Below, in pieces: positions 52,770 through 64,000 of a stretch of 64,000 bases of DNA (its first letter is position 1; each line of letters opens with the position of its first letter). The notes beneath the pieces were generated by a model that ran no database searches, was not told the DNA's origin, and saw only the letters and a program-made list of their open reading frames with translations. Source of the DNA: Amoebidium appalachense. Taxonomy: Eukaryota > Protista > Ichthyosporea. The translations under genes and the position numbers were made by a program. The DNA is taken from contig CAVNZM010000014.1 of the NCBI GenBank assembly GCA_963693365.1, positions 6,138,001 to 6,202,000 of the forward strand, in the 5' to 3' direction.

Positions 52770-53503
52770 GAGAGAGAGCGAGGGGGAAAGTTTGAGACTG
52801 AGTTTCCATGGTTTTTTCTACACAGAGGCACGCATGCGTGCACAGGTGCGAGGAGGCAGCCCACTTCTATCCCTAACGAACTCGCTTCTCCAGCTCTGCA
52901 CAGAAGCTTGCTGCAGCACTGCTGAAGTTTACGCAAAATCGGCTATGCGGAAGACACCAATCACAGCCATCCTCTTGCACCATATATGGCAAACCATCTC
53001 TTCCAAAATATTTAAGCCAATCAAATAGCTTACCCTAACAACACATGACATTCCATCTTGTTCGCGCAAAAAACAAAGTTGCAACTTGCAACCGGCGGGA
53101 GAGCTCAGTTCAAAGTGTCAAAAGTTTCAAGGAAAGGTTGTGTCAAGGTATTCGAAAGGGTGTGGGTGTTTGCCGCGGCTGTGTGTGTGCGTGTGTGGGG
53201 CTTTCGTGTGTGTGGGTGTGTGCGCGTGGTTTTGAAGCAACGCGATTTCAGTTTCGGTCTGTACGTGCATGTGTGCGTGTTCAGGCGTTCTGGGTGAAGC
53301 TCATCCACAACACCGCCCTCCGCAACACTGCCAGTCCCTCACAACCTCTTTTCAAAGCTCGTATTCACTCACGTAAGTCAGCCCTCACATCCACCAGTAT
53401 TGTTTATACCCTTCACTCCACACGCGCAATCATTCCAATAATTCGCCAGTTGTTTATTTGGCGCGTTTTTGAACCCGACTAGCAAGGGGTACTGGCCTTT
53501 CAG

Positions 53504-56095
53504 ATGTCGTACCATTCTCTTCTGCACGGGAACCCATCCACCGCAGGGCGGTCCGAGTTCGAAGAGAGCGCAAACAGAAGGGTCATCAAGTGGTCTACTG
53601 CTTTGAGTGAGGTGTGTGTGTGCGTGTGTGTGTGTGTGTGTGTATGTGTGTGTGTGTGTGCGTGTGAAAGGGGTGTGTGTGTGTGTGCGTGCGTGTGTGT
53701 GTGCTTGTGCGCGCGCACGTGTGTGTGCATGTGTGTGTGCCTCTGTGTACTTGCCTGTGTGTATGTGTGTGTGTGCGCGCGCATGCGTGACAGTGAGCAT
53801 CTGTTGGTGTCTCCAGATGTGTCTGCTTGTGTGCCTGTTTGTACGCACATATGTCTGTCTGTGCGTGTGGGCGAGCCACATGGTTGTGCCCATACACCCA
53901 TACCTGCAACGTATACCTCTCTGGATGCCTTCAAGTTGAGTGCTCGTGCCCGTGCTTTTGCATATGCTGGAGAGCTAGCTTGTGCTTGTTCTCGGTTGTG
54001 TGATGCCTGTGCCTGTGTTGCGGGTTTTAACAACTGTGTTTGTTGAATACATTTTGTGCAGGAGCAAACTTTATATGCTTTTTAGGGTTGCTGCCTTGGT
54101 TAGAGTTCGTTTTTTCCTGGCACTTCAACTCCCTTCCCCCCTCTTCGTTTATGTCTCCTTGTTTAAAGGACCCCCCCCCCCCCCCCTTCCCCCGTTGGTA
54201 GTGTGTCTGTATTCCTAGTGCTGGATTCACGTTAGTAACCCCCTCCCCCCCCACCCACCCACCCACCCCCCCACCTACCCACCCACACACACACACAACA
54301 ACAACAACAACAACAAAATGGGCCCCTGCAGCAAAGATGGGGAGCAGTCCTCTTTCTCACCCTGATTCTCATCGTCCAAATCATCATCGCGCAATCGACC
54401 AAACCGCACTCCTTTGCGTTCCTCCCCACCGACCCATCCATCTCGTTCCCACACACGAACGAAACCATCCCTGCGTGGGGCTTGGCTGTGCTCTTGGGTG
54501 TGTGCGCGGCTTTGTGTGTGTTTGTGGGAAATCTCCATGGTGGACATCGTCCACGAGACACGTACACAGGCAACGTGGCAGGGTGTGTTTGTGATGGTTG
54601 ACTTGGTGTGTGCTACGTGCATGACCATGTGTCTGTGCCAGGTAGTATCCTCCCCCCGCCCTCCCCCTCCCCCCCCCCCCCCACCCCCACCCCCCCCACC
54701 CCCACCCCTTCTCCCATATATATATCACGCTCCACTCCCCTCTTCCCTCTACCTCCCCTCCATCCTCCATCCCTTCTTCTCCTCTCCCCCTTACCCCCCC
54801 AATGATGGCTTCTTTCAATTACCTTTTACTTGCACGTTTTTTTCGTTGTGTTTCGTGGTTTTCCTGTCTTTGGGTAAATACTGGACAGCCCCGTATGCTC
54901 CCCCCCCCCCCCCCCCCCCCAACCCAAAAGGGGGGGGGGGGGGGGAGGGGAGGGGGGGGGGAAGAACAAGTCATTTTTCTTTCATGGGGAGCATCTGGAA
55001 GGGAGTCACGGGGGGAGGGGGAAGGAAGAAAGGGGGGGGGGGGGAGGAGGGGGGTTTGAAATAGGCAGAGGTTGGGCAGAAAGAAGGGGTTAGAGTTCGT
55101 TTTATGAGCTGTTAATAGAAAAAGAGAGCATAGGTGGTGCCTATGTACGCACACCCATGTCTGCATGTATGGGGAGGTTGTGCAGGACATTTTGCTATGC
55201 AGGCAGCTGAAAAAATTCAAGTCTTTACCTCATAAAAACTGAAAGGTCACAAATTTAAAAGTGGTGTTCAATTAACAACTTGGCCCATGATACTCATTAC
55301 ACAGGATATAATTAGACGTGCAAACAATATTCGTCGTTTAAAGGGAGTTTCTTTTAGATCAAGTCTACTTTTGGGTCAAACAGATGCGCCATATACACCA
55401 ATTATATGGCCCTAGAATTATTTCGGGCTGGCCCGACCCGGAAACCGAAAGGAAGCCCCTTTTTCTGGATGATTCCCTAACTCATCTGTACCTCTCCACC
55501 CGCAGCTTGCCAAATACGGAGTGGGCCGGCCTAGGCCTGACTTCTTGGCCCGCTGCATGCTTCCAGACCAGTACAAAAATAGCACCCAGTGGCTATTTTC
55601 GGACGTGCACTGCACCAATCCAAACCGTGCATTGCTCAAGGAGGGTGAAGTGAGCTACTTCTCTGGCCACTCAGCCACGTCATTCACCTATGCCTCTTAT
55701 GTGACCCTATATCTGCTGTGGACTCTGTATCTGCGTCCTAGGAGGTGGGTCTATATAACCTCCCCCCCCCCCCCCCCCCCCCCCCCTCCCCCCCCCCTCC
55801 CCCCCCCCTTCCCCCCCTCCCCCCCCCCTCCCCCCCCCCCCCCCCCCAAAAAAAAATTGCTCCAACCCCACCCACCCACCCCCACACACATACAGCGCCG
55901 CCCTGAGAGCACACACCCGCACACAGCACATTTACCGCAGATACACAGACATGGCTTGGCCTCACACAAACTCTATGAAAAACCCCAACTCCCATCACCA
56001 CTCACATGCACGCTCGATCACACACATGCGCGCACACACGCACACAAGATCCCTCAATCACTCATCTATCCCCTTCCCCCACCCCCCCACCACCA

Positions 56096-56147
<52 letters not shown>

Positions 56148-56476
56148 AACCAGTCCCCCCCACTCCTCTCTGTGCATCCGCCCCCCCACACCACACCCAT
56201 ACAAACCCACTCATTCACCGACACCCACGCCCCACACACACAACCACGCACATCCCCCCCCCCCCCCCCCCAACAAAAAAAAAAAAGAACCATTCGCACA
56301 CAACTGATTTTAAGTTTCTGTTAATCGAAAAACGACATCCTTAGGCTTGATGTGTCCCGCTACACTCCCCACCCCACCCATCCCTTTCCCATGTGTTTAT
56401 AAGATGAAAATGAAACAATTTGGAAGAGTGGTGGCTTTGTATATGTCGCTGTGTTTGAGATCCCGTCTAAGAAAGA

Positions 56477-56507
<31 letters not shown>

Positions 56508-56561
56508 GCTTGTGTGTGTTCGTCTGCTTGTCCCCTTTCTCTCCATGTCGCTCTCTCTCAC

Positions 56562-56598
<37 letters not shown>

Positions 56599-57387
56599 CC
56601 TTTGCCACTGCCCTTGCCTGCATAAGTAACCCTGCTCGTCCCTGATCAAGACGGGTGACCCACCCATGTTCAAGTGAAACAGTATCTGAGTTGGGTTTCG
56701 TTAACGAGGTGAATGGGTCGAAACCTCGGGTACTGTGGATGACCTTGGGGCCCCCAGAGGATGGGCTCTGCTTATATGCATACTCTTTTTATGTATGGTT
56801 TGCATTCTGCAACGTGTTATCCGTTGTTCTTGTGTACTTCGTACGTTATGACGCATTCAACCCCCCCCCCCCCCCCCTCCCCCCCCCCCCCCCCCCCTCC
56901 CTCCTCCTCTCGCCATCTCTCTCCCCCGCTTTTGTGATACATGTTTATTTTTGTGAAGGGTGTGTGTGCGGTTTGGAGAAGGGGAGGGGAAGAGGGTCAG
57001 GTTGGCATAGCATTAAAAACGCGAATGAAAGAACGACGGAGATTAACATGACCGTTGCACAGAATGGCTGATTCTGATTGGTTCGTTTGCAGATCGGCCA
57101 ATTCTAATTGGATGCTTTGCAGGTCGAAGAGCGGCAGCTACAGCCGATTAGCCGGTGAAATCATCGAGTGTCTTCGCATCTGCGCACTGTTTATTCCCTT
57201 TTTGGTAGCGGGGTTCATAGCTTCTAGCAGAATCTATGATTATAGGCATCATGTGAGTGATGTGGTTGCGGGTGCATTTGTCGGGTCTGTTGTCGGGTCG
57301 ATTTTCTTTATTAGGGGGGTGTCTTTAATTAGGAGGATGTACCCGGGGTCTAATTTGTTAATGATTGACTATACCTATCCGCTATAA
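53504..57387 (+). CDS. PAP2-family lipid phosphate phosphatase (DPP1/LPP-like), with one apparent frameshift
   Basis: join(53504..53611,54332..54641,55506..55744,57123..57387). Motifs KYGVGRPRP (C1), SYFSGH (C2) and [13 protein letters not shown] (C3), plus N-terminal [14 protein letters not shown]. Exon 2 has one extra base near 54526..54528. The first exon is less certain. Confidence 0.88.
56597..56860 (+). mobile_element. Diverged (subfamily B) copy of the poly(C)-associated structured element, in PAP2 intron 3
   Basis: Aligns by eye to the reverse complement of the 39425 unit (GCATAAG.AACCCTGCTCGTC..TGATCAAGACGGGT..CTGAGTTGG..GGGTCGAAAC..GAGGATGGGCTCTGCTTAT..GTACTTCGTAC..CGCATTCAA). Poly(C) on both sides. 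Confidence 0.85.
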
Positions 57388-58471
57388 TAAAAAATGAATC
57401 GGGGATGTATCTTATGAGAGCCTATAGATCATATGGATAGCTGTATAGTAACTATGAGAAGATGTTTTTACGCTTTCGACTGTACACGTTTCTACCCACT
57501 ATACTTACACTCCGACGTACACCTACATTCACCTGCACCGACTGTAAACAACCAACAAACAACCACACTTCGCGGACAAAAGTGAATGTTGTTAATGCAC
57601 AGCACAACCCTTGTTCCTTTTGTGCCAAAATGACAGCTTTTGTCTGAGGGATGGCGCTTTTTATCGTAGGCGCGCAAAAATAGTTTTGGCTTTGGCCACT
57701 AAATGTTAATGATAGTCACCTGATCGTAGGTTTTCTCCTCTTTTTGGAACCAAGCCTGTAGTTGGCTGATTATGTTGTTTTACGCTGGGTATAAAGTATT
57801 CATGGTATTTTTTAAAGGTGACATGGTAACTATGTAGCTTGCAGCCGTGTTTCGTCGATTTAACCTCATGGTTTCCTTGCACGGGCGTTGACGTCGAACC
57901 GGATTCGATCTCCATCAATAATAAACAGCCGATTATATGACAAAGGGGGAAACGGTTTATTAAACCGCATACCATACATGCATGCTTATGCGACCATGGA
58001 ATATCCTTTTTGGGTGGATGTGTACGTGTTGCCACGGGTACGTGCCCATGCGTGTGTGTGTATGCGTGTGCACGTGTGTGTTTGTGCGTATTCGAGCTAC
58101 CACCTACTGAGGCGGTGTCTCCTTTCTTTTTTTTTTTTTTTTTTTTTTTTGCTTAAAAGGGACCGCCTGAAGTAGATGTATAACGTTGCACGTGCGGCAA
58201 CACGTCAGTACGTGTTAGGTATTCGAGTGTGCACGTGTGTGTTTGTGCGTATTCGAGTGCGTACGTGTGTGTGTGTGTGTCACTGTGGCATGGGGCTTGT
58301 GTGTGCACGTGCCATACATACTCTCATAGTGGTGCCAAGTCGAGCCAGCCTGTCTAGCTCAGGGTGTGAAGAAACGTCATCTCCCGTACTTGCAATTCAC
58401 CCTCTCTGAGAAAGAGGTTACATTGTGTGCATGCTTGTGCACGTGTGTGTGTGTACATCTCTCTCTCTCTT

Positions 58472-58517
<46 letters not shown>

Positions 58518-58603
58518 CGCGCGTATGCTTGTGCGCGAGCATGCGTGTCATTGGAAAGAAACTCTTTTAGGCGAGCTAGGGAGGGAGGGAAGGAGGGAGG
58601 CCT

Positions 58604-58634
<31 letters not shown>

Positions 58635-58724
58635 AGGCATTTTCGGCAAGAAACGTGGGTTCTGTTGATCTAGGCAGCCTGATGGGCAGAAGAAAGTGTG
58701 TATGTGTGTGTGTGTGTACGGTAC

Positions 58725-58769
<45 letters not shown>

Positions 58770-59076
58770 TGTTGGAGGAGGAGGAGGAGGAGGAGGAGGA
58801 GGAGAGGGGGGGGGAGGGGGGGGGGGGGGGGGGGGGGGTGTTGCAGGCCAAAGTGTAGTCCAGGCCAAAGTGTAGTCCAACTGGAAACTTGGACTCCGGG
58901 CCAAAGTGTTGCCACTTTGTCATTGGAAAAGGAGGGGTGACTTGGCAAATTCGTGTGTACACGTCAGTGTGTGTGTGCGTGTGTGTACACATGTGCGTGT
59001 GCATGCGTGCGTGCGTGCACGGTGTCTTTGCATTTGTGGCTTGCAAGAACATGTGCATGTCTGTCGTCGCGCACAT

Positions 59077-59151
<75 letters not shown>

Positions 59152-59371
59152 ATGTGCGTGTGCGTATGTGTGTTTGAGCGCGCGTGCGTTTATATGTCCA
59201 CCAATCATAGTATTCACTTTTGTGTGTGTGACACTGTGTGCACGTGCCGGCAGTGTGTGCTTGTGTGTGTGCACGCGCGCATGCGTGTGACACTGTCACC
59301 TGTGTGTTTTTTTTCTCTCTCTTTTTTTTTTTGTGTGTATGTGTGTGTGTGCACGTTTGTATTTGTTTGTT

Positions 59372-59469
<98 letters not shown>

Positions 59470-59635
59470 TGTGTGTGTGTGTGATCCATTTTTGTGTGTG
59501 AGGGCTGCAGTGTGTGTCAGTGTGTGCATTCATTCGTGCCTGCAGGCATGCATACTTGCGTGCCCATATGGCTGCAATGAATAAGCAGCATACCGGCGCA
59601 TAAGGATGCGGCTTGTGTGCCTGTGTGCATGCCTG

Positions 59636-59841
59636 GAGGGGTTACCCGCAAGTTGCATATGTTTGCATATATTTGCAGTATTTGCATATATTTACATCGT
59701 AATTTGCTTATATATACATATACATATTTATGATATATTTGCATATATTTGCACGGCACATATTTATATATATTTGCATATATCTGCACGGCACATATTT
59801 GTATACATTTGCATACATTTGCAAGTTGCAGGTAACCCCTC
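59636..59841. mobile_element. MITE-like element with 22-bp imperfect TIRs and internal ATATTTGCAT repeats
   Basis: GAGGGGTTACCCGCAAGTTGCA and TGCAAGTTGCAGGTAACCCCTC (2 mismatches). No TSD found. Confidence 0.65.
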
Positions 59842-59996
59842 ATGGTGCCGGTCCGCGATTCTAAAGTCTGCTTATCTCGTTATGCGCTCATTGGAGTACG
59901 TGTGATCATAATAATAGCAAGAGCTTTGAAGACTAAGTTATTTGTTGATTATTAGCTTGTGCTCTCTCTCTTCCATTCTGTACTTTTTCCCCTCGT

Positions 59997-60084
<88 letters not shown>

Positions 60085-60317
60085 CTATCTCTTTATCTCT
60101 CTCTATCTCCTCTCTCTATCTCTCGCTTGCTCTCTCCCTCTCTCTCTAGATCCCCCCCCCCCCCCCCCCCCTCCCCTCCCTGAGTCTCTTTCTCTCTCCT
60201 TGTGTGTGTGTGTGTGTGTGTGTGCGTATTTCTTATCTCTCACAGAGGCTTTCTCTCTCCCTTTCCTCCCACCAACCCCCCCCCCCCCCCCCCTTAATTC
60301 CCCTCTCTAATGATATA

Positions 60318-60399
<82 letters not shown>

Positions 60400-60749
60400 T
60401 ACTGGTATGATACTATGTAGCCTGAACATATAGATATCTTGAACTTGCGCAGAATATTATTATCTAATAAAGCTTCTTGCAGAAGTATGACGATGTCACG
60501 TATAAACTCAGTGGTGGTAGAAACGGGTTGTGCTAATACCACACAGAGCGGCCTGAGTCAATTTATATCATACGAGAAGTGTGGGGATTCGAAAGGGGGG
60601 GGGGGGGGGGGGGGAGGGGGGGGGGGAGGGATGCCGTTTCTGTGTGTGCGTATGAGGGTGTACAGTGTGTGTTCGTTGACTAGTGACCGTGTTTGCTTTC
60701 CTGGCTGCTTCACTGTACTGGTGTGCCAGCAGAAACAGACAGACAGACA

Positions 60750-61250
<501 letters not shown>

Positions 61251-61393
61251 CGTATTGTGTGTGCGTGTGCACACGTATTTGTGTGTATCTCACACAGTAC
61301 TCTGTGTGAGTGTGTGAGTGTGTGTATGTTTGTGTGAGTGAGTGAGTGAGTGAGTGAGTGTGTGTGTGAGTGAGTGTGTGTGTGTGTGTGTCG

Positions 61394-61554
<161 letters not shown>

Positions 61555-61607
61555 TGTGTGTGTGTGTCTAACTAATTACATCGCCTTGGCAATATGTATC
61601 CACAGGA

Positions 61608-62311
61608 GGAGGGCGGACGATGCCTGATATCGCCCTCGCCATGCCTCTCACCATGAAAATTATCACACCTTCTAGACAGCGATATCTGATGTCGCCCTCG
61701 CATCCACCGCTCTGCACTTCTATGAATTCTTCAACACTGTACATGTCACTGTTCGTCTCCAGAAGCGGGCATCGGCAATGTCCCTCACAAGAAGAAGAAG
61801 AGGGCAGGTGATAAACATTATCGCCCTAGGTCTGGCAACGTGTTTCCACAAGAAAGAGGCGGGCGATAACTGATATCACTCACCCTCACCCTCAGTGTTC
61901 CTAGCAAGAATAGGACGAGAAGAGGGCGATATCTGATATCGCCCTCACCCTGTTCCTGAGGCTCACCCCAAGAAGAGGGCGATATTTGATATCGCCTGGA
62001 CCTTGTTCCACGTGCACACGCCAAGAAATGGGCAATATTTGATATCGCCCTCACCTTATTCCACACCCCAAGAAGAGGGCGATATTTGATATCGCCCTCA
62101 CCTTGTTCCACACCCCAAGAAGAGGGCGATATCTGATATCGCCCTCACCTTGTTCCACACCCAAGAAGAGGGTGATAAATGATATAGCCGTGGCAATAGC
62201 TTCTGGCAAAGTGTCTCCACAAGACAAGGGCGAGCAATGTAATACCCTGGCAAGGTGTCCCCACCCTGTCCTAGCAAGAATTCGAAGGGGGCGATGTCTG
62301 ATATCGCCCTG
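61608..62311. repeat. Degenerate tandem array (core period about 47-52 bp) of the palindrome GAGGGCGATAT-nnn-ATATCGCCCTC
   Basis: Perfect 11-bp-arm palindromes at 61922..61946, 62075..62099 and 62122..62146, with about nine further degenerate copies. Confidence 0.9.
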
Positions 62312-62504
62312 GCCCTGTCCCGAATTTCCTAACAAGATCACACAGTTTGCGTTGTTTCACATGACGCCCCGCACCAGGTACGCGTGTAGGACCATGTGCA
62401 GCCCAAAAGGAACGAGCACAGTGAACACTCGAGTCTCCAGTGAGTCGACACGAGTCTATTCGAAAGTCGAGTAGTCGACTGCCGGGCGGCGGGTCGGAGA
62501 TCTC

Positions 62505-62870
62505 TGTATGAGTGAGATTGTCCCACAATCACACGCATATGAATTTGTACTTGGAGTCATAGGCAGAGACCAGATCCGCCGAGACCCTGCCCGAGCCTCA
62601 TGGCTTCCCCTATACTATGCCGCTGATTACGCTCATATATGGTAGCAGAGACAGTCCGACCGCCCTCTGATGGCCTAGCCGCTTTCCACTGCGCACTGCT
62701 ATGAGCTCGGGGCGAGCTCACTCCCGCCGCCGAGATGTATGAGTGAGATTGTCCCACAATCACACGCATATGAATTTGTACTTGGAGTCATAGGCAGAGA
62801 CCAGATCCGCCGAGACCCTGCCCGAGCCTCATGGCTCCCCCTATACTATGCCGCTGATTACGCTCATATA
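62505..62870 (+). mobile_element. Very small TRIM (366 bp) with tRNA-iMet PBS
   Basis: 135-bp direct repeats 62505..62639 and 62736..62870 (one substitution seen) with termini TGTATGAG...CTCATATA. PBS TGGTAGCAGAG at 62640..62650. TSD TCTC (62501..62504 and 62871..62874), or ATCTC if the LTR is 1 nt shorter. Confidence 0.8.
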
Positions 62871-64000
62871 TCTCTACATGCACCTTCTAACGATTGGTCG
62901 CCCGAACAAAATTCCGATCATTCCATTCACTGATCAAGCAAGTCTGTCTCATGTCTAAGAAAGAATCGCGATATGCGATGTCGTCCTCAAGCCCATCTCC
63001 CCATCTAAAGACAAAGGCCCAGAGGGCGGCCAATTGTGTGAATGTATATACATATATATCAAAAATAGAAAAGCACCCCTCGCCTCACACTTGAAGAGGT
63101 TACCGTCGACAGTTTCCAAGGTCGCTTTCCCCGTACCTATTCTGCCCCCACTGCAGATCGATAACTACATCAGAACAGACTCTAGTTCATTGGATTTTTA
63201 TAATAAATGCAACCTGTTAGCTAATGTATTAGAACCGGAGGTTATTGGCGGTTTTATTCTCTTTTCTTCCTCTCTTCCTCAATATATCCGTTTTAAGATG
63301 ACTATCCTAGATCACTTTATTAATGCTGCACAGTACTGTATGATATTGTGATCCGGTGCCTTAATTAACTTTCTTTCGGAGCTACCGATGCTAGCCTCTG
63401 CTTACCCATAATATGTAATAGGGGTGTCATATACTACGATGGCGCTCATTGTTGCCTAGCATGTACATATGTCACTGGCTGCATTTGATTGGCTGTGCTG
63501 GAAAACGCAGTAGGCCGTCGAATGTGGCTGGGCCTCCGGCCAGGGTTCGAAGGACGGTGGAGCCCATTAACGGAAGTCGAAATCCCGTTTCGGAAAACCT
63601 CTTCGAAAATCGGAATGCTCCGTTGGAGCAGGCCCACCAAAAATCGTAATCGTCGCGCATCAGTAAACTAGGGCATGCTTATTTGTGCCTATATTGCATC
63701 AAAATGTAATTATAATGCATATACTCAAAAACCCCTGTGGTTATTAGAGGCCTTCCTGGTGTTGGCAGTTGAAGCTTTGAAGGAATAAAAGGGAAATATG
63801 AAGTGCATTAATGCACAATATATATATACATTTTGTCTACGTATATACGTACGGTCACGTCCTCTTACACATATGTGCGGCAGTGCCAGTGTGTATGAGG
63901 ATATATACTATGTGTGCATATGTATCTAGTTCCTGTGTGTGTCACTGTGTCCGTGGCCTTATTTTTTCCCAGTGCACGCATTTCCTTTTATTTGACGCTC

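Noticed and set aside
56660-56750. Bona fide SECIS element or SRP RNA
   Set aside because: Intronic location, no apical AAR on the 5' side of the loop, no selenoprotein ORF nearby and no SRP helix 8 consensus.
61608-62311. CRISPR array
   Set aside because: Spacers are mutually homologous and irregular, repeats are degenerate, no cas genes are present and the context is eukaryotic.

Overview
Eukaryotic genomic DNA with spliceosomal GT-AG introns. It is probably a unicellular opisthokont-like protist or early-diverging fungus, but the taxon cannot be fixed from sequence alone. The window is saturated with (CA/GT)n, (CT/GA)n and poly(C)/poly(G) tracts, so most ORFs in the track are repeat artefacts. 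The first 12 kb is a transposon cluster: an internally deleted Ty1/Copia element, an intact TRIM with identical 443-bp LTRs, a decayed Maverick/Polinton-type integrase, and a P-superfamily DNA transposon with 11-bp TIRs and an 8-bp TSD. Host genes reconstructed by hand are a 7TM-like membrane protein, a 4-exon type II membrane protein with an 18-residue Trp-periodic helical repeat, a 3-exon PHO84-like phosphate transporter, a 13-exon DEK-like chromatin protein with an inserted HMG box, two intronless papain/C39-like peptidase paralogs and a 4-exon PAP2 lipid phosphate phosphatase. Three things are most unusual. (i) A family of 5'-truncated, partly tandem insertions always ends at a poly(C) tract and carries a conserved, covarying RNA structure with a tandem G-A core. 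(ii) The introns have a strand-polarised layout, with poly(C) or (GT)n after donors and (CA)n replacing the pyrimidine tract before acceptors. (iii) An array of GATATC-containing palindromes sits next to a 366-bp mini-LTR element at the right end. All structures, alignments and protein family calls were made by eye; no searches were run.
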